In this document: positions 25,461 to 38,573 of the stretch, piece after piece
Layout: each line of letters opens with the position of its first letter
Position numbering within the stretch: the stretch's first letter is position 1
From: Azolla caroliniana
Lineage: Eukaryota > Plantae > Polypodiophyta
DNA: 64,000 nucleotides
Assembly (NCBI GenBank): GCA_043228905.1
Contig: JBHGNT010000006.1
Coordinates: 15,252,001-15,316,000, forward strand
Direction: 5' to 3'
Program-made: the position numbers and the translations under genes
Notes under the pieces: model-generated
What the model was told of the DNA's origin: nothing
The model's database searches: none
The model's input: only the letters and a program-made list of their open reading frames with translations

Positions 25461-26567
25461 ATGGAACAAGTTTTGAACGCAGTTGGAACGATCTCTCCAA
25501 ATGAGACCTCTCAACCCCAATCCGCATCTCGCACACAAGCTGAGATCACTATTGAGCAATTGCTCACTACTACCTTGAATCAATTGGCCGAAATGAGACA
25601 GGCCAATATGGCATTGGAAAAGAAATTCCAAGAATTAACTATTGAGTCCAAGAAAGAAGGTGAACCTTCCTTCGTAGTCACGCCTTTCAAGGGAGATAAG
25701 AAAGAAAGAACCGAGGAGGCTATTAGCACTTGGCTTGGTCGTTGGGAGTCTCACTTTGAGCTTCATCCCAAGCCCGATGCAGTAAAAATTGGTTATGTCG
25801 GTCGTGAGTTAGGTGGCCGAGCTGCTGCTTGGTGGCGTGGCCTAAGGACCGCAAAAAACTTACCCACAACTTGGGAAGGTTTCGTTGATGTTTTTAAGAA
25901 ACAATTCTTGCAGCCACCTTCTCAAACCGAACAAGCGCAACACTTGCTCACATTGTCTAGTAAGCCATTTACCTCTCTCGAGGATTATGTGCATCACGCT
26001 CGGACCCAGATCCAAAAATCGGGACTTACGGGTGAGAAATGGTTTGTCGCTTGTTTTTTGAATGGTATTCCCAATGGGGATTATCATTGGATTGTCCATG
26101 ACAAGGACCCCACAACTTTCGAGGAAGCCGTCAACATTGTGCTGCGATACCATAGGACTTCCAAGAAAGACCACAATAAACCTGAGTTCGCCAAAACTCC
26201 GAATGTCAAGTTCATTGGGAAACGTAAGCAATCCAGTGACACTCTTGACCGCGACTCAAAGAAACCGAACCTCGTCTGTGCATATTGCAAGAAGTGGGGC
26301 CACACAAAGGATACCTGTCGTCGTCTTGAGAGGAAGTCAATGAACACCCCTCCTCAAGACAAATCTACGAGTCACACAGGTGAGTCTTTTGATATTGTTG
26401 AAGTTCATACCAATCACTTAAGTTTATGTGAATGCACTTTTCCTTCACATTTACTTGGACCTAATGATTTACTCCGAGCAGTCGGGTATATCAATGGAAC
26501 ACAAGCACATTTCTTGTTTGATTCCGGTAGTTCTCACAATTTTCTTAATGATCACTTTGTGCAATAA
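25461..26567 (+). CDS. gag: Gag and N-terminal protease of element E (premature stop inside the protease)
   Basis: 368-aa ORF with CAYCKKWGHTKDTC knuckle and FDSGSS. The homologue in element I reads on through this stop position. Confidence 0.85.
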   Translation: MEQVLNAVGTISPNETSQPQSASRTQAEITIEQLLTTTLNQLAEMRQANMALEKKFQELTIESKKEGEPSFVVTPFKGDKKERTEEAISTWLGRWESHFELHPKPDAVKIGYVGRELGGRAAAWWRGLRTAKNLPTTWEGFVDVFKKQFLQPPSQTEQAQHLLTLSSKPFTSLEDYVHHARTQIQKSGLTGEKWFVACFLNGIPNGDYHWIVHDKDPTTFEEAVNIVLRYHRTSKKDHNKPEFAKTPNVKFIGKRKQSSDTLDRDSKKPNLVCAYCKKWGHTKDTCRRLERKSMNTPPQDKSTSHTGESFDIVEVHTNHLSLCECTFPSHLLGPNDLLRAVGYINGTQAHFLFDSGSSHNFLNDHFVQ

Positions 26568-26769
26568 ATGGAACTCCACATAAACGCAAGTGATCATATC
26601 TATCAAGTTCACATGGCAAATGGAAGTGTTCAATACATCAGTGGCATTGTTTGTCAACTGCCAATTCAAATATATACCTATTTGGAGAAGCTTGACTTTC
26701 ATGTTATGAAACTACAATCCACAGATGTCATTTTAGGATACCCTTGGTTTTTTAATAAAAAACCCTTCT

Positions 26770-29700
26770 TTGTCCATTGATTGGATTAATCACTCAATCA
26801 CATTTGAACTTAATAGTTGTAAACATTTTATTCAATGTTCCAAACTTCCTTCTCGTTCACTTGTGTCTTCTAAATCTTTAAGTGAGTATTCTAGTTCATT
26901 AATTTATTCGTGTGTAATTGATCCTGCGGTTCAATTTTATTATTTTAATATTGACGCCACACAATTACCACATTTTGAGCAACGATTACTCGACTCTATT
27001 TTAGAGGATTTTCAAGATGTGTTTCCTACTGAATTACCGCTTACTTTACCACCTAAACGTAATGTGGACCATCAAATTGAACTCATCCCTGGGGCTGCTC
27101 CTGTGAGCATTCCACCTTACCGACTTAGTCGATTAGAAGAGGATGAGATCGCTAAACAACTTAAGGAATACTTGAGTATGGGCCACATTAGGTATAGTAA
27201 ATCACCTTGGGGTGCGCCAGTTCTATTAGTCAAGAAGAAGGAAGGTTCGTGGCGAATGTGTATCAATTATCGCCGTTTGAATAAAATGACAATTAAGAAT
27301 GCATATCCATTACCTCGTGCCGATGATTTGATTGATCGTTTGCACGGGGCTCGATATTTTACGAAAATTGACTTACGAACTGGTTATCATCAGATTCGCA
27401 TCGCCGAGGATGATATTCCTAAAACCGCTTTTCGTACGCGCTATGGCCATTATGAGTTTTTAGTCATGCCATTTGGGTTGACTAATGCTCCAGCCACATT
27501 CCAACAAGCGATGAATGATGTTTTCCGATATCAACTCAGTGATTTTGTTGTCGTCTTCTTGGATGATATTTTGATATATAGCCGTACCTTGCAAGATCAT
27601 GTTCAACATGTTCGATTTGTTTTGCGAAAGTTGCGTGACAACTCTTTCTATGCAAAACATTCAAAATGTGACTTCTTCCAAAAATCTATTGTGTACCTAG
27701 GTCATTTAATTACAGAAAATGGCGTTGAAATTGAACCTTCTCGTATTGAAAAGGTTAAACTTTGGCCCATTCCTCGTAATATTCGTGAACTTAGATCATT
27801 CTTAGGGTTTGTTGGATTTTTACGAAAATCAATTCGTAACTATTCCAAATTGACTACGCCATTAACTGACCTTTTAAAAGGTCATCCACGTAAGTCTGTC
27901 AAACCAATTTCATGGAATGAACAACTTGACAAATCATTTGAGACACTCAAGGAGCATGTGTGTCAGGCTCCCACTCTTCTATTACCAGACCCTTCTAAGC
28001 CTTTCTCAATTGAAACCGATGCTAGTGATTATGCTATTGGTGCCGTTCTTTATCAAGGTGGTCACCCTATTTCTTTTGAAAGTAAGAAGCTTGATGCTGC
28101 TCAATCTCGGTATTCGGTTCAAGAGAAAGAGTTGTTTGCGGTGATACACGCACTTAAAACATGGAGGCACTATCTCTATGGAAATAAATTTGTGGTTACA
28201 ACAGACCATCAATCATTAAAGTATTTTTGTGACCAGCCCGATCTTGTTGGTCGTAAAGGCTGTTGGGCTGACCTTATGCAAGATTTTGATTTTTCCATAC
28301 GATATCGCAAGGGTTCTATGAACACCGTTGCTGATGCTCTTAGTCGCATTAAAGAAGTTAACATGCTTAGCTTCACGGAAATAAAATCTGATCTTTTAGA
28401 TCGCCTTCGAGGGAAATACCTTGATGACAGTTATTTCTCAAAATACTGGACGAAAGCCGAATCTGGTTTAGATGCCGGTACTAGCACCCTACCCTCGAAG
28501 GCGACCTTTCACATTACAAACGGTTTGCTCTACCGTAGTGGAAAGGTCTGTGTTCCAGATTTACCAAATGTTAAACAGAAAATTTTTCATGAATGTCATG
28601 ATGCACCATCTGCTGGTCATCCTGGAATACAACGCACACTCGTTCTCATCTCGTGTACTTTTTTCTGGCCTAAGATGCGCTCTGACGTGCATAAATACGT
28701 AACTCAATGCTTACAATGTCAGATTAATAAGTCGGAACGACTTAAAGCTGCTGGTCTTTTACATCCCTTAGATATTCCCAACAATAAATGGGAAAGTATC
28801 TCGATGGATTTTATTGTTAGTTTACCTCGTACACAGAGGGGTCATGATGCCATATGGGTTGTCGTTGACAGGCTAACAAAATTAGCTAGATTTATTCCTA
28901 CAAAAACCACGGTAACCGCTCAACAGTTGGCTTATCAATTTGTTGATGAGTTATTTCGTTTTTATGGATTACCGATGGATATTGTTAGTGATCGAGATTC
29001 CAAGTTTACTAGTGACTTTTGGACTCAGGTCTTTAAGAAACTAGAAACTACGTTGAGCATGAGTTCCGCAGATCATCCTCAGTCTGATGGACAAACTGAA
29101 CGAGTTAATCAAATTATTGAGGACATGCTTCGAGCTTATGTAGCAAAAACCCCTTCTAAGTGGGAGCAATACCTTCCTATCTTAGAATTTGCCTATAATA
29201 GCTCTAAACATACATCCACTGGATATAGTCCTTTTATGTTGATGTATGGTTTTCAGCCACGTGCCCCAGTTGATGACACGATTCATCGTGATACATTAGA
29301 CAGTACACACAATTTTTTGCAAGACATGAACCAAATGTTGCATATTGCCAAAGAAAATATCAAGACAGCTCAAGATCGTGCTCGATTTTATGCTGATCAG
29401 GATAGACGTCCTCGTGCATTTACTATTGGTCAAAAAGTTTTTTTGCGTGTCCCGACTGATTCTACGTCATTATCTACGGGCAAGTGCGCTAAGTTAGCCC
29501 CACGATATTGTGGCCCATTTGAAATCCTTAAGCGAGTTGGGTCATCTGCTTATCACCTTGCCTTACCTCGTAACGTTGGTATTCATCCTGTTTTACACGT
29601 CAGTCGTCTAAAACCATTTTTAGGCTCTGGTGATAACACCATCACAATCCAAGATCTTGTAACATTAGAGGATTTTTCTTACAAACCTCATGTTCGTGAA

Positions 29701-29865
29701 CGAATTCTTGATTCTCGTACTAAACGTTTACGTTCTAAAGAGATTCGGCTATTCAAGATCAAATGGATGGATAAACCTATTGATGATGCCACATGGGAAC
29801 GCGAGCATTCGCTTAAGGCACAATTTCCTCACTTTATATTGCAAGAGTGCAATCTTTTGAAGTAG
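26770..29865 (+). CDS. pol: Pol of element E: RT, RNase H, integrase, chromodomain (cut off from gag by a stop and an extra A near 26760)
   Basis: 1031-aa ORF with FLDDIL, ETDASD, HDAP..GHPG/CLQC, SMDF, SDRD, GQTER, GPF and IKW...ATWE. Confidence 0.93.
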   Translation: MSIDWINHSITFELNSCKHFIQCSKLPSRSLVSSKSLSEYSSSLIYSCVIDPAVQFYYFNIDATQLPHFEQRLLDSILEDFQDVFPTELPLTLPPKRNVDHQIELIPGAAPVSIPPYRLSRLEEDEIAKQLKEYLSMGHIRYSKSPWGAPVLLVKKKEGSWRMCINYRRLNKMTIKNAYPLPRADDLIDRLHGARYFTKIDLRTGYHQIRIAEDDIPKTAFRTRYGHYEFLVMPFGLTNAPATFQQAMNDVFRYQLSDFVVVFLDDILIYSRTLQDHVQHVRFVLRKLRDNSFYAKHSKCDFFQKSIVYLGHLITENGVEIEPSRIEKVKLWPIPRNIRELRSFLGFVGFLRKSIRNYSKLTTPLTDLLKGHPRKSVKPISWNEQLDKSFETLKEHVCQAPTLLLPDPSKPFSIETDASDYAIGAVLYQGGHPISFESKKLDAAQSRYSVQEKELFAVIHALKTWRHYLYGNKFVVTTDHQSLKYFCDQPDLVGRKGCWADLMQDFDFSIRYRKGSMNTVADALSRIKEVNMLSFTEIKSDLLDRLRGKYLDDSYFSKYWTKAESGLDAGTSTLPSKATFHITNGLLYRSGKVCVPDLPNVKQKIFHECHDAPSAGHPGIQRTLVLISCTFFWPKMRSDVHKYVTQCLQCQINKSERLKAAGLLHPLDIPNNKWESISMDFIVSLPRTQRGHDAIWVVVDRLTKLARFIPTKTTVTAQQLAYQFVDELFRFYGLPMDIVSDRDSKFTSDFWTQVFKKLETTLSMSSADHPQSDGQTERVNQIIEDMLRAYVAKTPSKWEQYLPILEFAYNSSKHTSTGYSPFMLMYGFQPRAPVDDTIHRDTLDSTHNFLQDMNQMLHIAKENIKTAQDRARFYADQDRRPRAFTIGQKVFLRVPTDSTSLSTGKCAKLAPRYCGPFEILKRVGSSAYHLALPRNVGIHPVLHVSRLKPFLGSGDNTITIQDLVTLEDFSYKPHVRERILDSRTKRLRSKEIRLFKIKWMDKPIDDATWEREHSLKAQFPHFILQECNLLK

Positions 29866-32800
29866 GGGAGTATGTTATGTACACATAACGTTGGTGAGGG
29901 TAGGTCACTAATATTTACATTAGTGAAGGGTATGTTCACTATTATTAAAAAGGGGACTAATGATTGGATAGAATGAATGATATGTGCATGCACTATCATG
30001 ATTTAGACAACCAATGAATAGAGAGCCTTCTAGAAAGGCACATCTATTCAAGGGGCCTAGGAAAAGGTATAAATATGAGGCTTAGCTACCCTCATAGAGA
30101 GGATCACGTCGGAAGGCTGCTGTCGTAGACACCGGTGGTGCGGGCTAGGCTTTCGTCTCGACGATCGTGTTTATCTCTTCCAAGGTATTAGTCATCCTAA
30201 TATCCGGCGGTATGGGACGTCAGTGGTAGGTTGGCTATGTCTAGATCATAGCTCGGGGGTGGTCGGGTGGAACGGGTTCTTCTATCCAATCTATTTTCTT
30301 CCTTTTTACTTGATTTGGTCTATTGATTAGTAATAGACTCTTAACAAGCTCATGCTCAACGTAGTTTCTAACTTCTTAAAGACTTGCGCCCAGAAGTCAC
30401 TAGTAAACGTTGGATCTCGATCACTCACGATATCCATCGGTAACCCATAAAAACGAAATAATTCGTCAACGAATTTGTAAGCCAATTCAGGAGTTGTTAC
30501 CGTGGTTTTAGTAGCAATAAATCTAGCCATTTTAGTCAGTCGATCAACGACAACCCAGATGGCATCATGACCTTTTTGGGTGCGAGGAAGGCTAACAATA
30601 AAATCCATGGATATACTTTCCCACTTATTATTGGGGATGTCCAAGGGATGTAAAAGTCTTGCGGCTTTAAGTCGCTTGGCTTTGTTAACCTGACACTAGT
30701 GACATTTAGTCACATAGCTATGTATGTCAGGACGCATCTTAGGCCAATAAAATTGAGTGGAGATGAGAACGAGTGTACGATGTATTCCAAGGTGCCCTGC
30801 TGAGGGTGCATCATGGCATTAAAAAAGAATCCTCTTTTTGACCTCCGGTAAATCTGGAACACAAACCTTCCCATTACGATAGAGCAAACCATTAACAATG
30901 TGGAAGTATTTCTTCGAGTATGTGGTGGTGTCTGTTCCAGACTCAACTCTTGCCCAGTATTTTGCAAAATAATTGTCATCAGGATACTTTCCTCGAAGGT
31001 GATCATAAAGATCTGATGTTATTTCAGTGAAGCTAAGCATGTTAACTTCACGGATGCGACTTAGTGCATCAGCGACAGTGTTCATGGAACCTTTACGATA
31101 TCGTATGGAAAAATCAAAGTCTTGGATGAGATCAGCCCATCGTGCCTTACGACCTTTCAGGTCTTGTTGGTCACAAAAATATTTTAAGGACTCGTGGTCC
31201 GTAGTTACCACAAAGCGATTTCCATAAAGATAATGGCGCCATGTTTTGAGCGCATGTATAACTGCAAATAATTTCTTTTCTTGAACGATACCGACATTGA
31301 GAAAAAATCAAGTTTCTTACTCTCGAATGCTATTGGTTTACCATCTTGATACAAGACAACACCTATAGCATAATCGCTTGCATCGGTTTCAACCTCAAAA
31401 GGTTTTGAAGGATCAGGTAAAAGAAGGGAAGGAGCCTTGCAACCCAGGTCCTTGAGTTCCTTAAAGGCGAGGTCTAGTGTAGCATTCCACACAATAGGTT
31501 TTGTAGACTTACGCGTTTGACCTTGTAAAAGATCAGTAAACGGCGTCGTCAATTGGGAGTAATTACAAAGAGACTTTCGCAAAAACCCGACAAAACCAAG
31601 GAATGATCGAACTTCTCGAATATTCCGAAGAGTGGGCCAAAGCTTGATTTTCTCAATGCGAGAAGGATCAATTTCAACTCCTCGTTCAGTTATGAGATGT
31701 CCTAGATAAGTAATTGATTTCTTGAAGAACTCACATTTTGAGATCTTCGCATAAAACTGTTTGTCACACAATGTTTGTAAAACAAAGTGGACATGTCTAC
31801 CATGTTCTTTTAATGTACGGCTATAAACTAAAATATCATCCAAGATAATAACGACAAATTTTCCAAGTTGTTCTCGGAAAATGTCATTCATTTCTTGTTG
31901 AAAAGTGGCCGGAGCATTGGTCAAACCAAAAGGCATAACCAAGAACTCGTAATGACCATAGTGCGTACGAAATGCCGTTTTAGGAACATCGTCCTCATTT
32001 ATTCATATTTGATGGTAGCCAGTACGGAGATCAAGTTTCGTAAAATACCGAGCTCCCTGGAGACGGGCAATGGGTACGAATTCTTGATCGTCAATTTATT
32101 CAAGCGTCAGTAATTAATACACATACGCCATGTGCCCTCTTTCTTTTTTACCAAGAGAACTGGTGCACCCCATGGAGATTTACTATAACGTATATAACCC
32201 ATTCGTAAATAGTCCTTGAGTTGCATAGATACCTCATCTTCTTCGGATCGACTTAAGTGATACGGAGGTATACTTATTGGTGCAACACCGGGTACAATAT
32301 CTATACGATGGTCTATATTACGTTTAGGAGGTAACCCATCAAGTAGTTCACTTGGAAAAACATCATGAAAATCATTTAAGATTTCATCAAGTTGTTGTTC
32401 AAAATATGTTAATTGAATCGGGACATTATCGATATTGTAAACGTGAATGTCCAGATAAAGTACACAATAAAATAATGTAGAACAAGACAACTAGGATTTT
32501 GATGAACACGAGGAAACAATCGAGAGGGATTGTTTTTTGATACATTGAATAAAATGCGTACAATCGTTCAGTACAAAAGAAATGGAATGGTGAACCCAAT
32601 CAATAAATAAAGAAGAGTTTTTATTATAAAACCAGGGATAACCTAGTATTACATCGGTGGTACAAAGATTCATTACATGGAAGTCAACTTCCTCTATATA
32701 AGTATCAATAGAAATTCCTAATGAATGAATCACCCTGTTGATGTATTGTACTCTTCCATCAGCCAAGTGCACCGTGTAGGTGTGATCACTTACGGTGGGT

Positions 32801-35532
32801 TGGATTCCCCATATCTGAACCAAACGATCATTCACAAAATTGTGTGAGCTTCCCGAATCAAATAAAAATTGTACAGGAGATCCATTGATATACCCGTTTG
32901 CACGTAGTAAATCATTGGGACCCAATACATAGTGAGGGAAAGAACTTTGACAATTACTTAAATGATGTGTATAGACCTGAAGGACATTAGGAATCTAACC
33001 TTTATGGTCTGAAGCTTTAGGTTTGCTGTCGTGCTCTTTCCGTTGGAGCTTTCGACATTGCTCTTTTGTGTGACCCTTCTTTTTGCAGAATACGCAAAAA
33101 GGATGTTGTCGCTTACAATCGCGATCTAGGAATTCGTTGGGAGTCCCGGGCGCTTCGTTGGGTTTGTTGTGGTCCTTCTTTGAAGTGCGTTGATAGCGAA
33201 GAACTATTTCAACGGCCTCTTCAAAGGATTTTGGATCCTTATCGTGCACTATCCAGTGATAGTCCGAATTGGGGATTCCATTGACAAAACAAGCTATCAA
33301 CCAATTGTCCCCTTCTAGACCCGATTTTTGGATTTGGGTTCTAGCAAGGTGAACATAGTCTTCTAGCGAGGAAAATTTCCTGCTAGAGAGGTTCATTAAA
33401 GCTTGTGCTGCCTCGGTTCGAGAGGGAGGTTGCAGAAATTGGCCCTTAAAAACCGTGACAAAATCTGTCCAGGTATCGGGCAATTTCCCCATAGTACGGA
33501 GCCCATGCCACCAGGTGGCGGCCTTACCCCTGAGTTCTCGGCCGACATATGCAATCTTCGTACTATGTGGCGTGGGATAGAGCTCAAAATGAGACCCCCA
33601 TCGTCCCAGCCATGTGCAGATTGCTTCTTCGGTTCTTTCCTTTTTGTCTCCCGTAAATGGCTTAACGACAAATGATGGTTCACCTTGTCGCTCATCAGGT
33701 CTATTAGTCTCACGTTGTAGACTAATGACACGTGCCTCAAGAGCACTCTGAGATTGCCGAAGTTCGGTCATTTGTTGAGCGGTGAAACTAAGGTATTGGC
33801 TTATTTGTGCCAAATACATCTCAGTGGACATTTTTCCAGGAGGATTCCCTTGAGTTCCTTCCACTTGAGCGGATGACATCGGGTCGTTAATTTGAGCCAT
33901 TAAAGATTATTTCTGGAAAAGAAATAGGATAAGGTCAGAGAGATAGTCATAACATCATGTCGTGATGCAAACATATCATGGGCAAACATTAATCGATATC
34001 ATGATCTCACGTCAATACCCCTCTAGACGTATGTGATGAGGTTCAAGATCAGGTTACTATGGTAACACAAAGGTGTTTTAAAAACCATGGGGGTGACAAT
34101 TTAATGTCTTTCCCTGATCTCTATATCAATTTTTTCATGGCAGCTCCCCGAGGCTCAACCATGTATGTTCGCGTCATGAGTAGTTTATACACGAAATTTT
34201 TTTTAACAATAAACTATGTTTCTTTGCCCACATATGTGGTTTCGGCTCTTTAAGTCCTATTACGAGGACCCCAAGGTGCACTTAGACCGTAAGTCTAAAC
34301 ATGTGTTATAGTCATATGTATCAAGGATGTTGTATGGTCTTGGTCATATTTGAACTCGAGACCTCGAGAACAAATACATTAAACACTTGAGCCAACCAAG
34401 GAAGTTGCTCTTCTCGAATGTTTAATGTTTGATTATCAAAACTATGTTCGTATATTACCTAACCTCAAGTCTCGTAATTACGATGGCATACGCCAAAGTG
34501 CAACCTAATGATCAAGCCAAATGAGCCCTCGTTTTGTAGTAGGCCCACATGGCCCATCACATGGTCACGTCATTACAAATGCCTCTCGTAAGAACGAGCT
34601 CATGGTGGCATCGTATCCATGTAACGAGGGAGGGATGTTGGATACGTGTGTCATTGGATCGACCTCACTTGAAGTGGGTCAAGCCCTACGTACTCAACAT
34701 CATTATGGCTATAGGCGTTTCTTTACGTAACGAAATCAAGGTCATCAACGGGGTTGTCAACAATCAAAAATTGTTGAAAAAGGGATGGTGACAACGCCAT
34801 TCTCACAAAAATGTGAGGACGGCCACCCCGGGGGCTCCACTATATATAAAGAGGTCGTATCACGTGTGTTCATGGCATCTTTTATAAACCCCTTATACGT
34901 ATATTTTTTACTATTTTAGATACCCTTCTATAAAAAAACGACTAATAAAAATACCCCTTCGTGCCAATATATATTTTGACAACAACTCATTTTAAATGCC
35001 CTTACATAGAAGACACATGTATGTTTTATACATGTGTACGTATGTGTGTGTGTGTGTGTGTGTTCATATGTATGTATTGCATTGTATTCCATGTTTATTT
35101 ATTTATGTGTTATATATCTTACATGTATGGCATGTGTCTATATGTTATGTGTATGTGTGTAGTGGCTTGTGTTTATTTGGAGCTAAATCATAAAGAGTCC
35201 TACAAGAGAGTCGTTCCATGGACAATACAAGTTGCCCAACTTAGGGCATGTTTGATTTGGATAAAAAAGTGTCATCAAAAAATCTTGTTTTTGGTCACCC
35301 GACTCAAAGGCAGTCACCTAACAAGTCACTCGACTCAAATAAAGTACCCGACTATCTCAAGGCAAGCAAGTTACAAGTAAGGAAGTGATCAATTGAAAGA
35401 ATGCTAAAAGTAAATGGCTTAGTGATTAGAGCCATTCCTTAGATTCAATGGGTTTAAAGTTTGAATCTTTGTTCCCTCTTAGTGAGAAGAGGGTTCGCTT
35501 TCCTTATTGGTCAATTTTGGGGTCTTTTACGT

Positions 35533-36258
35533 TGTCGTAGTGTATTTCGTACACTACGTGAAAAAGCAAAAATAATATAACCGATTTAATTACATATAAA
35601 TAAATAAAATAAGAATAATCAAGATATTTATCACGTGCATAGGGCAAGCTTCGAACCTTGTACCTCCACGTAGCCAAACCTCAACTTTACCATTATGCTA
35701 CCTTATCTTTAGTGTTGTATAAATAGATTTAATAACTATAAGTGCTTTATTTGCGCCTACCTTTATTAAAAAGGTAAATCATGTATTTTTAGAGTGCGTG
35801 AATATTTTATAGAAAAACGCAAACAACTAAAAAGTGACTCATGCACATCTAGCGTGCATGAGCACTATATTTAGCAAATAAAAGCAAGGATTAGAAAAGC
35901 ATCACATGCACATTTAGTGTGCATGAACATATTAGAAAAAAGCATGTAGCTATGCTTAGTCTCTCCCATCACTATATAAGGATGGGGAGCACATTGTAGT
36001 TTTTGTTGATTATTTTTCTATAATGATCAATCAATCTAAAATATTCGTGGGATTCACGAATTTGCTAAAAATAATTCTCTCTTACTACCTAAATATTGAC
36101 TAAATATACTAAACTCGTGGGATTCACGAGATTCTTATCTTATAACTCTTTATACCTATTCTTTACTAGCCTTATTTGTATTTTTCTTTCTCCTAGTCCA
36201 AAACCTCGGCGGTTCCCACCCGACTCACGCAAACGATCCGGAGCCGAAAGGCACGACA
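35533..36258 (+). mobile_element. Solo LTR, family F; 4-bp TSD ACGT
   Basis: TGTCGTAG...GCACGACA flanked by ACGT at 35529-35532 and 36259-36262. Confidence 0.9.
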
Positions 36259-36870
36259 ACGTTTACTTCTTCTTCAACTTCTTTCTCTTTTAGGGTTTCA
36301 ACATTTGGCTTCAGGTTATGAAGTCACTTTACACTTCATTTACATTTAAGGGGTACTAATAGCGTTGTTGAATTCAACATCTTAATTATTAAATGTGTTC
36401 ATTTTTTTTCACCACAAGTTTGTAGTTGTCGGCACACACACATAGAAAAGATTAATTGAATTTTGAAGGACTTAAGGGAAGTGGCTCGACTTAACTTAAG
36501 GGAAGGGAATGTTATGATAGGAGAGACTTGGAGATACCATGGGATTCTAGCAACAAGCAATTGATTCTTGCATGTCTATATTTCAAGAAGGGATAGAAAC
36601 AAACAACATGGGAAGCTACAAACATGAACCAAATTTTGCATTGAACCTAAGGTTTAGGGTTTACTAAAGTGGTAAGGATTGTTTTACTAATAAAGACTCA
36701 AGAGTTCATTATTTGGTTTAATAGCTATTCTCTATTTAAACTTTATGAAATATCATCAACAATCATCATGAATACTCCATTGCAAGAAGTCCCTTCAAAT
36801 GCTCAATCATTTCTCACATCCCAACATATTTCAATGAGGAAGAGATTAATATATGATTATTCAATATGTG

Positions 36871-36975
36871 AAGCTTATCAAACAATATATGTGCTACATG
36901 GATCTAGCCACATTTGACTTACATGATACATATCAATTACACTATTGGCAATACAACATCCCCTTCTCGTACACC
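36871..36975 (-). pseudogene. Probable PLS-class pentatricopeptide repeat fragment
   Basis: Manual translation with frameshifts gives EGDV/IANSVIDMY/VKCG*IHVAHILFDKL, close to the PLS-PPR pattern D..N.LIDMY.KCG....A...FD. Confidence 0.5.
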
Positions 36976-37726
36976 TTTTCCTCAAATTACATAGTTTGCA
37001 ACAAACAAACACATGCAAAACCAACTTGCAATAATAATGAAACATATTTCAAATCAAACCACCATTACACCTAAGGTTCAAATGGTGTTTCAAAAAAACA
37101 ATTATTCATTAGACTAGATGAAAGTAATGGAAATAGTTTTATATTACAGCACATACAATTATTCATTTATCAATTAACTAGACTATCTCCCCCTTTTACA
37201 ACAGCCACTCAGAAGCTTAAATATGTTTAATATTTGTAATCAGTAGACCACCTCACTAGGTATCCTCTCCATATTTAAAATACTAATGAAGTGTTCTTCA
37301 TTTTCCTACTACTTTACAAATGTGACCTTCCGATTGTTACATATCTGTTAGTCTAAGCAACAATCTACCTATTATGGGCTTTAAATTGCTCTATATTTAA
37401 TTACTATATTGAGCATACAAGAGTTTAAAAGTAAACACATTTTGGTAAGCAACATGTGCATTGTATACAGTTGAGAAGCAATGCCAGTTGATGTATAATT
37501 GAAAGTGAAACATGAATTATGTGCCCAAAACATTGATAAATATTTAATCTAATTACCATGACTTACATGATGAATATAACACGTATAAGAGGAGCAAACT
37601 AGGACATACAAATTTAGTCCAAAGCTTTAGGATTTGGAAGTTTCAAAGTTTATGCAATTCATAGGAATGAAGACCAACCATACTGATAGAACAAAAGACA
37701 GACATAGGAAGAAATGCATGATTCAC

Positions 37727-38196
37727 AATCTTCTGGTAATGTTTGTTTCCACCTCTGCAAAGTTTGAGGTGGATAGCCATCATCCCAGGTCGGAAATAAT
37801 TGGTTTCCTAAATAAAATATATTTCTCGTCATTTCCATTTAATTTGAAGAATAAAAAGGAAACACAATGAATAAATAAAGCTATAGTACTATTATACATT
37901 CCTAAAGCAATATGCACAACCAAACATGATTTCTACTAAGCTCCTAAGAAGAACAATGTTCATTCTTTTCTCATGACTTTATTTGCATGAAAAAGAAGAA
38001 AATATGCCATAATGAGTGAAGAACAAGGCACAACATCCACCATGGTCACAAGACAAATACATACCCGGACAATGCAATGACGGGCAAGTCCTACTGCGAC
38101 AATACTCTCTGCAACTTGCTTCACAATGTAAGCTCCACTCCAATCGATATTGGTAGGGTCCTTCCCAGAGAATGCACCACCACCATGAGCTCCCCA
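37727..38196 (-). pseudogene. SAMS: S-adenosylmethionine synthetase fragments: two exons (38065-38196, 37727-37807) separated by GT..AG intron sequence
   Basis: [44 protein letters not shown]|gtatgt and tttag|ETNYFRPGMMAIHLKLCRGGNKHYQK match the MAT signatures GGGAFSGKD and FRPGM..LDLKRGGN. Confidence 0.9.
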
Positions 38197-38573
38197 CGAG
38201 GCTTCTCAAGAAGAAAAGAGCTCTTCTTGCCTATGAAATGATGATAGCAAATACACAGATTAACATGGAAAAAAACATGAGAGGAAATGTTGCAAATGCA
38301 TGTGTGCATGCATTCATACATGTATACAAACACAACCATGCATATGTAAATACTCATACACACATGCACACATGCGGAAATGGTTTAAAACTGATATAAT
38401 ACATAGATGATGAGCTACATAAAAGGAAGGTAACATTAAATATTGCCGTGACTCTCTCTTTAAGAAATATTAATACACTTTTGTTGCTTCCATTTGCTTT
38501 CATTCTCTCTCTAAGAGACATTAATACATCTCCCCTTTCTTTCGAAAACCTAGTTCCTCACTCTATTTAAGCT

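Larger units (their letters stand above)
23231..30346 (+). mobile_element. Near-complete young chromovirus (Tcn1-like) element E; 474-bp LTRs 23231-23704 and 29873-30346; TSD AGCTC
   Basis: LTRs differ at about 3 positions. PBS TGGTATCAGAGC at 23706-23717, PPT TAGGGGAG, and AGCTC at 23226-23230 and 30347-30351. Confidence 0.96.
22420..33900 (-). pseudogene. gag-pol: gag-pol of element I (stops and frameshifts; split by element E at 23231-30351)
   Basis: ORFs 32995-33900 (gag, CVFCKKKGH), 32491-32925 (FDSGSS), 31205-31942 ([20 protein letters not shown]), 30327-30644 (SMDFI, VSDRD) and 22372-23166 (GPF, chromodomain). Confidence 0.88.

Noticed and set aside
35241-35260. Harbinger/Tourist-like end TTA-GGGCATGTTTGATT (also near 24489)
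   Set aside because: No matching opposite TIR was found.
35410-35490. tRNA-derived SINE head (TGGCTTAGTG...GTTTGAATC)
   Set aside because: Degenerate, with no tail or TSD found.
36643-36663. Telomere-like TTTAGGG
   Set aside because: Only one or two imperfect units.
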